From NCBI GenBank assembly GCA_965202805.1, contig OZ241869.1, positions 3,872,001-3,936,000 of the forward strand: 64,000 nt of DNA, given 5' to 3'. Each line of letters starts with the position of its first letter. Position 1 is the first letter of the stretch. The notes under the pieces are model-generated. The model did not search any database. It was not told the origin of the DNA and worked only from the letters and a program-made list of their open reading frames with translations. Shown piece by piece: positions 50,858-60,905 of the stretch. This DNA comes from Longimicrobiales bacterium (lineage in GTDB: Bacteria; Gemmatimonadota; Gemmatimonadetes; Longimicrobiales; Gaopeijiaceae). A program made the translations under genes and the position numbers.

Positions 50858-52264
50858 TCAGCTCTTCTCCGTTAGCCTCAGCGGAGGATTCCACTCGCCG
50901 ACTCCGGGCAGGCGCCGCCCCCAGGTGTTGCCGTAGGGATCGCCCCGTTCCAGCAGGAAGCGGAGGATGAGCCGGTGCAGCATGTTCATCTTCGGCAGCA
51001 GCCCGTGGAAGCCCGCGGCGGCGGCCAGCGCCCGGTCGCGGATCTCCCAGTACCCGAAGTCGCCCGGTGTGACGCACACCACTCGCGCCTCGTCCAGGAA
51101 GGGCGGGATGGCGCCCTCGAGCGGGACCGTTCCGTCACCGGTGTCGCGCCGGTCGCCCTCGATGTCGGAGTCCCAATGGTTCCGCCTTTCCGCGCCCCTC
51201 AGGTCGAATCGCGGGAAACCGTTCTCGTCTCGCGCCACCCTGAGGCCTACACGGGTCTTCGAGTCGACGCCCGCTATGGCGAGCCAGTCGTCCGCGGCGA
51301 CCGTGATGCCGGGCGGGCCCGTTTCCAGCGCCCCGGCACCTCCGGGCATTGGCGCATCTTCCGACGCCCCGGTCTCCGGCGCTCCGGCCGCCCGAGGCGC
51401 CGCGCCACGCGACAGCTCCAGCCCCGAGATACGCTCACGGTGTGCCCGCGCCTCGTCGAGCATCTTCCGAAAGAGCTCTGCCCCGGTCACGTCCCAGTCC
51501 CGGACCTCATGCCCGATGGTCTGCACCACGTTCGGCTGCCAGGCGTCCGGCCGGAAGAAGTTCACCGCCATGCTCCCGTGGGAGGCGACCGGCCCCGCAG
51601 ACTCCGGCAGCAGATGGTAGAGGGCGGGCGTCATCCGGGCCATGCGCCGCTCCCGCGCCTTTCCCGAGTCGTCCCCGAGTTCGCTGGTCCCGGTGGCCAC
51701 CTTGAGGATCGCCTCGTACGAGCCCCGGAAGGGCGTCCCCAGCGTCACTACCTTGTCGACGAGGGCGCCGCTGCCCGCGGGACGCCCGATGCGCCCGGCG
51801 ACAAGGCGCTCGATGTACCCGGCGATGATGAGTCCGCCCATCGAGTGACCGATCAGCGAGACCGTGGGGCTTGCGCGAAACGCCTCGTCGTCCCGGTAGT
51901 GCCGCATCAGCAGCGTTCGCTCGATGACCTCGCGCACGAACGCGGCCAGCCGCTCCTCGGTCCAGTCCAGCGGCATGCGCCAGTCGTACCCGAAGGGAAA
52001 CACCGGCACGGGGCCGGGCTGATCCTCGGAGAGCCCGTCGCGCAGCTCCTCGATCAGGTCCTCGTAGACGAGCGGGAAGGGGCCGCGGGGCATGACCCGG
52101 GCCGGCTCGCGCAGCTCGTATCGCTGGTCCGCCGGGTGGAGCGTGATCCGGTCGTAGCGACGCTTGAGGACCGTGGTCCAGACGGCTTCGGGCGGCAACT
52201 CGTACTCGTCGTGGAGATCCGACGCCGTGATCCCGGGGATGACGATGACGGGTGAGATGGGCAT
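50858..52264 (-). CDS. LCAT-like alpha/beta hydrolase (lipase/acyltransferase)
   Basis: VIVIPGI.AS, FGYDWR, GHSMGG, LGTPFRGS, GDGTVP, H. Confidence 0.9.
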   Translation of the reverse strand: MPISPVIVIPGITASDLHDEYELPPEAVWTTVLKRRYDRITLHPADQRYELREPARVMPRGPFPLVYEDLIEELRDGLSEDQPGPVPVFPFGYDWRMPLDWTEERLAAFVREVIERTLLMRHYRDDEAFRASPTVSLIGHSMGGLIIAGYIERLVAGRIGRPAGSGALVDKVVTLGTPFRGSYEAILKVATGTSELGDDSGKARERRMARMTPALYHLLPESAGPVASHGSMAVNFFRPDAWQPNVVQTIGHEVRDWDVTGAELFRKMLDEARAHRERISGLELSRGAAPRAAGAPETGASEDAPMPGGAGALETGPPGITVAADDWLAIAGVDSKTRVGLRVARDENGFPRFDLRGAERRNHWDSDIEGDRRDTGDGTVPLEGAIPPFLDEARVVCVTPGDFGYWEIRDRALAAAAGFHGLLPKMNMLHRLILRFLLERGDPYGNTWGRRLPGVGEWNPPLRLTEKS

Positions 52265-52505
52265 GGGGGCAGGCACCTGTCCTGGGTACTTGAGCCTGAG
52301 TTGACCGTACTGGACAATGGGATTTTACAAAGAGTGACCCGGAATCAGATGCACCATCCGTCGGTGTGTCAAGAGCTGCCCATGGCTCGTCCGATGTTGT
52401 CGTAATCCTGTCTGTTTCTGACGTTGCGAGCCTGCCGGTGCATCCGCCACCTTGCCCTGTATTCACGAGTCACCGATGTCTGTGCACATGGACCTGAGGA
52501 TACGA

Positions 52506-53345
52506 CTATAAATGAGCCTGTTCCTGGCGTTGCGCCTGCCCGCCGGGCGTCGGCGCGGATTCCGTCATGTGCTCCGAGACGCTTGCGGCCCATTTCCGGA
52601 ACCGGCGCTTGAGCAGGCCCGGGTCACGCCACGCCTCGGAGAGCGTGCAGCCAGCCAGTTGCTGGCCGTAGCGCTCCAGTGTGCGTCTGCCGATCCCCGC
52701 CCGTTTGGCGATGGCATCCCACTTGACCTGCGGCCGCTGTCGAACCGCCCAGAGGAGCACGGCCCAGTTCAGCAGGTGCTTGGGGCCGCAGGTGAGGGGC
52801 AGCCCTTTCCGCCAGTGGCGGCGGAAGGAGTCCGCCGAGAGGTGGAGGCTGGACGCCAGTTCGGTGACCGAATTCCCGGGAGGGTGAAGAGAGCGATCGC
52901 CGGAGAGGTTGCAGATGCGCTCGATGGCCGCGACAACCGTCCGGTGGGGCGAGCTTGCGGCGAGCATCCGGTGTCCCAGCAACCGGAGCGGATCGTCATG
53001 CCAGGGTGCGATCTCCGCGATTACGTCGACCAGGCTGTCGTCGACTTCCTCGGCCCAAACCACGTGAAGCCGGCTGGATCGAACCCTGCGAAGTCGCCGA
53101 ACACGGCTTATCGACAGCGGCGTGATCACGATGCACGCCGGCGCGAGGAGTCCCGGAGGAGACACCGCGCCAAGCCAGTTCACGTCGGCGCTGGTGCATC
53201 TGCGCAGACAGATGATCCCGGCATATGCGTTGGCGAGAAGCCTGCCAAACCTGCGACGCGATGCCGTGGGTTCCAGCCGGGCGTCACCGAGTATCCTCTC
53301 GACGGCTTCCCGAAGGGCCCGCGTCTCGTGATACAGTGGGATCAT
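52506..53345 (-). CDS. Putative regulator: degenerate receiver-like N-terminus plus AraC-like HTH (paralog B)
   Basis: Colinear similarity to paralog A (LRRC..D..WL, CIV.TPLS, VVW.EE, DPLRLLG.RML, ERIC.LS, CGPK.LL.WA). Confidence 0.7.
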   Translation of the reverse strand: MIPLYHETRALREAVERILGDARLEPTASRRRFGRLLANAYAGIICLRRCTSADVNWLGAVSPPGLLAPACIVITPLSISRVRRLRRVRSSRLHVVWAEEVDDSLVDVIAEIAPWHDDPLRLLGHRMLAASSPHRTVVAAIERICNLSGDRSLHPPGNSVTELASSLHLSADSFRRHWRKGLPLTCGPKHLLNWAVLLWAVRQRPQVKWDAIAKRAGIGRRTLERYGQQLAGCTLSEAWRDPGLLKRRFRKWAASVSEHMTESAPTPGGQAQRQEQAHL

Positions 53346-53506
53346 GGGGCGCCTTGCGGGCCGAAAAGACAAAGCTGCTTCGGGCTCATTATGAAAAGAG
53401 CTTATTTACAATATAACGATTTGATGTGTGGTTTTGCTGTGGCCATGCAGGTCAATATTGTGGCGATATTGTGTAGTTTCGCGCCAAGAGCGCCGGGAAA
53501 AGACAG

Positions 53507-55837
53507 ATGACCGGCATCGAGGAACTCAGACGCAGGAACGAAGCACTGCGGGACCGCACCTCCAGGCTGACGGCGGCGATTCTGCGCGTCAACGCCACCC
53601 TGGACATCGATGCCGTCGTGCAGGAGATCGTGGAGAGCGCCCGCGAGCTGACGGGGGCCCGTTACGGCGTGATTACGACCATAGGCGACCGGGGACAGGT
53701 CCAGGACTTCGTCTGCTCCGGTCTTTCGCCGGAGGAGCTGAGGCGGATGTTGAAGTGGCCCGAGGGGCCGCGATTCCACGAACACCATCGGATCCTCGCT
53801 CGACCGCTGCGAGTGGCGGACCTGCCCGGCTACCTTCAGTCGCTGGGCTTCGCCCCGCACACCTGGCGCGCGAACACCTTGCAGGTGACCCCGATGTACC
53901 ACCGGGGCGAGCAGGTCGGGCACTTCTTTCTCGCCGACAAGGAAGGGGAACAGGAATTCACCGGCGAGGACGAAGAGACCCTGATGTTGTTCGCGTCACA
54001 GGCGGCGATGGCCATCGCCAACGCCAGGGTCTACCGCCACGAACGCCGGGCCCGGACCAACCTGGAGGCGCTGATCGATACCTCGCCGGTGGGCGTTGCG
54101 GTCCTCGACGCCCGAACGGCCGAGTTCACGGTGTTGAACCGGGAGGCGAGGGCGCTCGGCGAGCGTCTCGGTCCCATGCTTGCGGATGTGCTTGAGGGGA
54201 TGACGTGTCGGTTCAGTGACGGGCGTGTGGTTGCCCTGGGCGAATGCCCCCTGGCCGAGCAACTCGGCAGCGCCCGGCGGATACGCGCCGAAGAGGTCGA
54301 GTTTTCGGTATCCAACGGTCGGAGCATCAAGGCGTTGATCAACGCCACCCCGGTCCGCGGCGAAGACGGCGAAATCGAGTCGGTAATTGTCACTGCACAG
54401 GATCTGGCGCCGCTGGAGGAGCTGGAGCGGTCGCGGACCGAGTTCCTCAGCCTGGTCAGCCACGAGTTGCGCTCGCCGCTCACCTCCATCAAGGGTGCGA
54501 GCACGACCCTGCTGACGGCATCGCCCGAGCTGGATCCGGCCGAGCAGCGCGAGTTCGTCCGCATCATCGACGAGCAGGCCGACCAGATGCGCGGCCTGAT
54601 CGGCGATCTTCTGGAAGCCGGGCGCATCGACTCGGGCACGCTGTCGATCAGGCCGGAGCCCTCCGGGTTGGGAGCCCTGGTCGACCGCGCGCGGAATACG
54701 TTCCTGAGCGGCGGCGGCCGTCACGCCATCCTCATCGACCTGCCCGCGGACCTGCCCCCGGTGATGGCCGACCGCCGGCGCATCGTGCAGGTCCTGAACA
54801 ACCTGCTCACCAACGCCGCCCGCCACTCACCGGAGTCGTCTACCATCCGGGTCGAGGCGATGCGTGACGGCGGGCACGTAGCCATCTCGGTGGCCGACCA
54901 GGGCCGGGGCGTGGCGCCGGAGCGGTTGCCGTTCCTGTTCCGGAAGCGCACCCGCGGCGGCGGGGAGGACGAAGCGGTGCGCTACGGTCTGGGCCTGGCC
55001 ATCTGCAAGGGGCTGGTGGAGGCGCACGGAGGGCGCATCCGCGCGGAGAGCGCGGGCCCGGGGCAGGGCGCGCGCTTCACCTTCACGGTTCCGGTGATCG
55101 GGGAGACTCCGGTTGGCCCGGGCCGCGGATCTTCGAACGAATCGCCGAAAGGGCGCGAGCGCACCCGCATCCTCGTGGTCGACGACGATCCGCAGACGCT
55201 GCGCTTCGCTCGCCATGCGCTGTCACGGGCGGGGTACGCGCCGCTGGTGACGGGCGACCCGGCGGAGCTGCCGCGCCTGATCCGGATCGAGCAGCCCGCC
55301 CTTGTCCTGCTCGACCTGTTGCTTCCGGGCGCCGACGGCATCGAACTGATGGAGCAGAACCCCGAACTCTCCGGCCTGCCGGTCATCTTCATCTCTGCCT
55401 ACAGCCGGGACGAGACCATCGCCAGGGCGCTCGAGGCGGGCGCGGCCGACTACATCGTAAAGCCCTTCTCGCCGACGGAACTCGTGGCGAGGGTCCGCAC
55501 GACGCTGCGCGGGCGGGCGGAGGCCGAACCCTTCGTGTCGGGCGAGCTCCGCATCCGCTACGACCGGCGCGAGGTGAGCCTGGCCGGCTGCCGGGTCGAA
55601 CTGACCGCCACCGAGTACGAACTCCTGCGCCTGCTCTCGCTCAACGCGGGCCGGGTCGTGACCACGGAAACCCTGCTGCGCCGCATCTGGAACCGCGGCC
55701 GCGGGGGCAATTCGGAGCCGGTGCGCACCTTCGTGAAGAAACTCCGCAGGAAGCTCGGCGACGACCCTGCCAGGCCCGTCCATATCTTCACCGAGCGCGG
55801 GGTTGGGTACCGGATGGCGGAGGCGGAGGAGGGGTGA
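53507..55837 (+). CDS. Cytoplasmic hybrid GAF-PAS-histidine kinase-receiver-OmpR wHTH protein
   Basis: GAF (F..EDE..L..FA.QAA), PAS, SHELRSPL, NLL.NA, DQGRG, GLGL, VVDDD, LLD, KPF, LT.TEY.LL, TERGVGYR. Confidence 0.93.
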   Translation: MTGIEELRRRNEALRDRTSRLTAAILRVNATLDIDAVVQEIVESARELTGARYGVITTIGDRGQVQDFVCSGLSPEELRRMLKWPEGPRFHEHHRILARPLRVADLPGYLQSLGFAPHTWRANTLQVTPMYHRGEQVGHFFLADKEGEQEFTGEDEETLMLFASQAAMAIANARVYRHERRARTNLEALIDTSPVGVAVLDARTAEFTVLNREARALGERLGPMLADVLEGMTCRFSDGRVVALGECPLAEQLGSARRIRAEEVEFSVSNGRSIKALINATPVRGEDGEIESVIVTAQDLAPLEELERSRTEFLSLVSHELRSPLTSIKGASTTLLTASPELDPAEQREFVRIIDEQADQMRGLIGDLLEAGRIDSGTLSIRPEPSGLGALVDRARNTFLSGGGRHAILIDLPADLPPVMADRRRIVQVLNNLLTNAARHSPESSTIRVEAMRDGGHVAISVADQGRGVAPERLPFLFRKRTRGGGEDEAVRYGLGLAICKGLVEAHGGRIRAESAGPGQGARFTFTVPVIGETPVGPGRGSSNESPKGRERTRILVVDDDPQTLRFARHALSRAGYAPLVTGDPAELPRLIRIEQPALVLLDLLLPGADGIELMEQNPELSGLPVIFISAYSRDETIARALEAGAADYIVKPFSPTELVARVRTTLRGRAEAEPFVSGELRIRYDRREVSLAGCRVELTATEYELLRLLSLNAGRVVTTETLLRRIWNRGRGGNSEPVRTFVKKLRRKLGDDPARPVHIFTERGVGYRMAEAEEG

Positions 55838-55901
55838 GCGCCGTGGCGCAGACGAGGGCCCGCTGGCGGCTCGGGGAGCCGGGCCGGGTCGGGGGCACGA
55901 C

Positions 55902-58079
55902 GTGATTCGCATATCCGATGTCGGCAGTCGTCACCGAACCGTGCTCCAACTCTGCGCGGTGCTCGCCGCGGTGGCCGTGGCGAAGGGATGCGGAGACGGT
56001 GGCGACCCTGCGGAGCCTGAGTCCCGCCGTCCGACAACGGTCACTGTCAGCCCTGCTACGGCGGAACTGACCGCGCTGGGCGCAAGCGTCCAGCTGTCGG
56101 CGCGGGTGCTCGACCAGAACAGTCAGGAGATGGCGGCGACGAGCGTGACCTGGTCGAGCGACAACACCGCTGTGGCAAACGTCAACGCGACGGGGCTCGT
56201 GACCGCGACGGCCAACGGGACCGCCACCATCATGGCGACGGCAGGCCCGGCGTCGAGCACCGCAATGGTGACGGTAGCGCAGGCGGTGGCCACGGTCGCG
56301 GTCGCACCCGCAGCCGATACGTTGCTGGTCGGCGACACGCTGCGCCTGGCAACGGCAGCGGCCGATGCGAACGGCCATGCGGTGGTGGACGCCGAGTTCG
56401 CGTGGGTGTCGAGCGACACGCTGGTCGCGGTCGTGGACGATGCGGGTCTGGTAACCGGGATCGGGGCGGGCGAGGCGGAAATCACGGCCACCGCGGCGGC
56501 GGGCGGCGCATCGGGAGGAGCGGTCGTGACGGTGATGCGACGGGCTGATTCCGTCAGCGTATCGCCATCCGCGGGTACGGTCTCGGTGGGCGACACGCTT
56601 CGGCTCGTCGCGGAGGCATTCGATGAGAACGCGCACCGAGTCGAAAGCGCGGAGTTCACCTGGTCGTCGAGCGATTCGTCGGTGGCGACGGTCGACGGTT
56701 CGGGACTGGTGCGGGGAATCGCCGAAGGCGCGGCTTCCGTCACCGCCACCACGGGGAGCGCGCACGGCACCGCAGAGATCACGGTGGTCCCCCGGCGCAA
56801 GCCAGGTCCGGGCCTGGGGATCTTCGACTTCCCGATGCGGGCCATCGCGGTCTCCGGCTATTGGGGAACGAACCGTGAAGTCGTACAGCCCTGGGAAGAC
56901 GGGGGCCGACAGGGGCCGGTCCTCCCTGCCGAGTTCATCAGCTGGCTCCGGGGCATGCATGTCAACTGGGTCCTGATCTCGGTTGCGCTTCACTACGAGG
57001 ACAGCATGGACAGCTCGGTCTCGCGGGAGACCGACCGAAGTCGCAACGTCCCGACCTGGCGGGACGAGTCCCTCCGGCAAGTCATCCGCGAGTTCCGGGA
57101 ACACGGGTTCGACGTATACATGACCCTGGCTTTCGAGGCTCATGAAGCGGAGGTTTCGGCCCGGCCTCTCGACCGCGGGCAGCTTGGAGATCCGGCGCCT
57201 CCGCACACCGGCGGCGTGCCGCCAGGCGAGTGGTCGACGGGGCCGATCAAGCCGGAGAATTGGCCGTGGCGGACCACCCACCCGGATCACGAGCCATTCA
57301 CGGCCGAATTCTGGGAGACCTATACGCGGCAGGCCGAGCACTTCGCCTCCCTGGCGGAGGATGCGGGAGTGGCTCTCTTCTCTCTGGGGACCGAAACGGA
57401 TGCGCTATTCCGCACGCGGCCCGATCCCGGCTACATGATCAACGACTTTGGGGCTGAACTGCGGTCCATGGTGGACCGCGTCCGCGCGGTATACTCCGGC
57501 CGGCTGACCTACAACATGCACTACAGCACGGTCATGTACGGGGATCATTACGGTCGAGGATCGGGCGCCGGTCACCTCTGGGAGGATCTTGACCTCGATG
57601 TCGTCGGGATCAGCGGGTGGTTCCCGCTCGTGGAGAGCGCCCCGACCACGGTTCTGAGTGTGCCGGAACTGCAGGCGAGCTACGAGGCCATCTTCCAGGA
57701 CTACCTGGTGCCGCTTGCCAACCGGAATCCCGGGCGGGCAATAGTGTTCACCGAATACGGCTCGATGGATGTCGTCGAAGCTCCAGCGGACCCGAGTTCG
57801 GGCGAACGCCACTCGGAAATCAAGACACTGGTCGATCGGAACCGAAACGGATTGGATGATGGCGAGGAGGCTCAGGCCAACATCTTTGAGGCGTTCTTCC
57901 AGACCAGCACCCGCTATCCGGGCCTCGTCAACGGCGCCTTCTTCTGGGACAACTGGATCGCCACGGATGCGATGTGGGCCGAATACTGGCTCGGCAGGAG
58001 GAGCTTTGCCGCGCGCGGCAAGCTCGCCGAGGCGGTTGTGAGGGACGCCTACGCTCGCTTGGCGGGAGCCGGGCGGTAG
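55902..58079 (+). CDS. Lipoprotein with three Big_2 Ig-like domains and a GH113-like TIM barrel
   Basis: KGC lipobox-like; three W.SS...VA.V...GLVT repeats; LGTE, YSGRLTY, VGIS.WFPL, FTEYG, AFFW. Confidence 0.82.
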   Translation: MIRISDVGSRHRTVLQLCAVLAAVAVAKGCGDGGDPAEPESRRPTTVTVSPATAELTALGASVQLSARVLDQNSQEMAATSVTWSSDNTAVANVNATGLVTATANGTATIMATAGPASSTAMVTVAQAVATVAVAPAADTLLVGDTLRLATAAADANGHAVVDAEFAWVSSDTLVAVVDDAGLVTGIGAGEAEITATAAAGGASGGAVVTVMRRADSVSVSPSAGTVSVGDTLRLVAEAFDENAHRVESAEFTWSSSDSSVATVDGSGLVRGIAEGAASVTATTGSAHGTAEITVVPRRKPGPGLGIFDFPMRAIAVSGYWGTNREVVQPWEDGGRQGPVLPAEFISWLRGMHVNWVLISVALHYEDSMDSSVSRETDRSRNVPTWRDESLRQVIREFREHGFDVYMTLAFEAHEAEVSARPLDRGQLGDPAPPHTGGVPPGEWSTGPIKPENWPWRTTHPDHEPFTAEFWETYTRQAEHFASLAEDAGVALFSLGTETDALFRTRPDPGYMINDFGAELRSMVDRVRAVYSGRLTYNMHYSTVMYGDHYGRGSGAGHLWEDLDLDVVGISGWFPLVESAPTTVLSVPELQASYEAIFQDYLVPLANRNPGRAIVFTEYGSMDVVEAPADPSSGERHSEIKTLVDRNRNGLDDGEEAQANIFEAFFQTSTRYPGLVNGAFFWDNWIATDAMWAEYWLGRRSFAARGKLAEAVVRDAYARLAGAGR

Positions 58080-58143
58080 GCCTGATCCCGTCTCGAGCGC
58101 GTTGAGCACGGGAAGCTGGCGATAGGCGACGATCCGGGTGGTG

Positions 58144-59163
58144 TCAGCCGCGTTCCAGATTCCGGAAACGCTCGCTGACCCCGCCGTAGTGGACGATCCG
58201 CACATCCAGCCCGCTGTCCGCCAGGAGATGGAAGGCGCGCTCCATCGCAACGACGATCCAAGCGGTGCGATTCCCGAACGCGCCACCCCCCAGCTGGGTG
58301 AGGTAGACCGGCGCGCCCGGGATGCGGCGGGCGTTCTCGACGGCAGCCAGAAGCGTGCTCTCGTACGCGGCTTCGAGGATGAGCCGTGCGAACGATTCCC
58401 ACTCCGGGCTGGCGGCGGAACTGTACGACAGGGGGAGCGCCGAGCAGAAGGCCTGGGACACAAGGTGGCGGGATCCGGACCTCGTCACCTCGACGTCCCG
58501 GTGGATGCCGATGCGGAGAGCACCGCGGAGCGCGTCTCGGCCGTCTTCGTCGAGTTCGGAGAAGCGCCGGTTGAAGTGCGCCAGGGTCGACGCGGTGGGT
58601 AGCGCGTAGCCGTTGCGCATCTTCCAGAGAAGCCGGCCATCGGGGGAGAGAGCTCCGTGAACGTCGCGCAGACAGTCGATCTGTCGGCCGGTGTCCTGGC
58701 CCTCTTTGCCGTCCACCATGGCAAAGTAGTTCCGATAGACCGTGGCGGCCCCGGCGGCGATGGCGCAAGCCGGGCCCTGAGTATGGTCGTAGGCATAGCG
58801 TGTAACGCCGTCCTCGGGAGACACACGCGGCGACACCATCTCCAGCAGGTTGAACTGCGAGGCGACCTGGAAGAGCGCACCCACGTTTCGGGAGTCGGCG
58901 TGGAGGGCGCCTGCCTCGCCCACGATATTGCGGACCTGGATCGGGCCTTTGGGAGCCGGGATAACCGGAGGCTGGCCGACCGCGGACTCGCCAGCCCGCA
59001 TCCGGAGTTGGCGGAGCGATGGCGTATCGAGTACTCCGATCTCGTAGCCGGCGCCGTTGACGCGGGATCGAAGTGTGGTTCCGTCGACTTCCAAATGGGT
59101 GCGCACTTGCGCCGGGGATTGCTCCCGGAATCCGAAGAGTTCGTCGAACCAGTCGGTGTGCAT
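58144..59163 (-). CDS. Conserved hypothetical protein, PARG/macrodomain-like
   Basis: WF..LFGF.E, FQVASQFNLLEM, DHTQGPACA, LGGGAFGN. Confidence 0.7.
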   Translation of the reverse strand: MHTDWFDELFGFREQSPAQVRTHLEVDGTTLRSRVNGAGYEIGVLDTPSLRQLRMRAGESAVGQPPVIPAPKGPIQVRNIVGEAGALHADSRNVGALFQVASQFNLLEMVSPRVSPEDGVTRYAYDHTQGPACAIAAGAATVYRNYFAMVDGKEGQDTGRQIDCLRDVHGALSPDGRLLWKMRNGYALPTASTLAHFNRRFSELDEDGRDALRGALRIGIHRDVEVTRSGSRHLVSQAFCSALPLSYSSAASPEWESFARLILEAAYESTLLAAVENARRIPGAPVYLTQLGGGAFGNRTAWIVVAMERAFHLLADSGLDVRIVHYGGVSERFRNLERG

Positions 59164-59184
59164 ATCTGTTCCCCGCGATCCGGC

Positions 59185-60354
59185 TCACGCCTGCGCTCGA
59201 AGTTCTACATTCCCAATGCGCGTCAAAGGTAGCGCCGTGATCCCGTCCGCGAGCGGGAACTCGCGTTCGCCGGGATAGACCACCCAGAGGTGTTCCAGCT
59301 CGATATCCCTGGTCACGATGCGCATCGATTTCGTGGTGCGGGGAGTCTCGGTGCACTTGAACTCGAATCCCCAGCGGCGGCCGCAGCGCAGCAACAGAAG
59401 GTCCAGTTCCGCTCCTCGCTGCGTGCCGTAGAAGTACGCGTCGCGCTGGCCGTGGGCGATCAGCGTCTGCTCCAGAGCGAATCCTTCCCAGCTGGCCCCG
59501 TATGAGGGGTGTACGGCCAGCTCGTGACTGTCTTCGAGGCCGAGCAGAAAGTGCAGGATTCCGCTGTCGCGCAGATAGACCTTGGGTGACTTGACCAGCC
59601 GCTTGCCGAGTTTCGCGAACCAGGGGCGCAGGACGCGGATCATGAAGGCGCCCTCCAGCAGATCGCGGTAGCGGTTGACCGTCCTCGCGTCCGCGTCCAT
59701 CGAGCGGGCCAGTCGCGAGGCGTTCCAGGTCTGGCCGTGAACGTGCGCCAGCATTTTCCAGAAGCGGCCGAGCGCGGCGGGTGAGACGCTGGATCCCAGT
59801 CCCGCGATATCCCGCTCCAGGCATGTTCGCGAGAACGACTCCATCCATCGCGACCAGGCGTCCGCGGAGGGAGCCAGGTAGGCGCGCGGAAAGCCGCCGC
59901 GGATCCAGAGCCGATCGAGAGACTGCGCTGTCACTTCTTCCAGCGAGAAACCGTTCGCGTCCACGAACAGGATTCTTCCGGCCAGCGACTCCGACACGCC
60001 TTTCACCGGGTCCCAGGAAACACTGCCGAGGAGAAGAAAGACCGCCCGCCGGTCCGGGTCGTCACACAAGGGTCGCAGAGCCTCGAAGAGTTGGGGAAGG
60101 CGCTGCACCTCGTCGATCACAACCAGCCCCTCGTGGCGTCCCAGCAGGCGGGCGGGAGTGCGGGAGAGCGCCTCCCGGTCGGTCGCTACCTCAAGGTCGA
60201 AGATGGTGGCGGGGCTGGGCCAGGATGCGGCGATCTGACGGGCCAGGGTGGTCTTGCCGACCTGACGGGCACCCAGCAGCGCGACCGCGGGCGATTCCGC
60301 GAGGCTGCGGGTGATCTGGAGCGCGAGCGCGGGACGAGGAGTATATTGTTGCAA
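59185..60354 (-). CDS. AAA_14 ATPase with DUF4143 domain
   Basis: GARQVGKTT, IDEVQR, LLGS, ESLAGR, RGGFP, KSPKVYLRDSG, GASWEG, E.DL..FEFK. Confidence 0.93.
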   Translation of the reverse strand: MQQYTPRPALALQITRSLAESPAVALLGARQVGKTTLARQIAASWPSPATIFDLEVATDREALSRTPARLLGRHEGLVVIDEVQRLPQLFEALRPLCDDPDRRAVFLLLGSVSWDPVKGVSESLAGRILFVDANGFSLEEVTAQSLDRLWIRGGFPRAYLAPSADAWSRWMESFSRTCLERDIAGLGSSVSPAALGRFWKMLAHVHGQTWNASRLARSMDADARTVNRYRDLLEGAFMIRVLRPWFAKLGKRLVKSPKVYLRDSGILHFLLGLEDSHELAVHPSYGASWEGFALEQTLIAHGQRDAYFYGTQRGAELDLLLLRCGRRWGFEFKCTETPRTTKSMRIVTRDIELEHLWVVYPGEREFPLADGITALPLTRIGNVELRAQA

Positions 60355-60905
60355 AACATGCTCTCGCTAGCCGAATTTACAACATTCTAGTTTGATCTCC
60401 TGTCGTCTGCAAGCCCTCTTCGGCGGGTGGATGTCGGCTGTCCGGAGCCACGACCACCTCTCAGGTTGGTCGAATCCTCTTGGCGCAGGCCGGTCGACGG
60501 TGGGCTTGTCGCAGCCGCCTGCGAATCGGGGTCAGGATCTCATCGACCACGTAGTCGGTGGAGAGGAGGTTCCCTCGCTCCTGCGGTAGAGCGAATCGTC
60601 CTCGGCGACACCGTGGGTGAAGATGCCGTTCAGCGGCACGCGCGAGCGCGCAGCGTAGCGCTCATCTGCCGACGTGTTCGCCGACCTGCCGATTTCGATG
60701 CGGAGGCCTCCTGACTTCAATCGTACCAGGAATCGGTCGGATACCCTGTTCGTATCAGGCACGGTCCATTAGGCGGTAAGATGTCTGTTATTGACGTATA
60801 GACACATGATTTTGACGTTGCGCATCGGACGTACAGTCCTTCTCTTTGCTAGTAGAGTAATCATTTCTCCGTCGATTGCTGGCGCGAGGGGAAGAGGGGG
60901 CCACC

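Noticed and set aside
52277..52505. Structured ncRNA or riboswitch in the lower-GC intergenic region
   Set aside because: No recognisable consensus by eye; an Infernal/Rfam search would be needed
60532..60762. Small ORF faintly resembling a Uma2/PD-(D/E)xK fragment
   Set aside because: Too short, no convincing start, and similarity too weak to support
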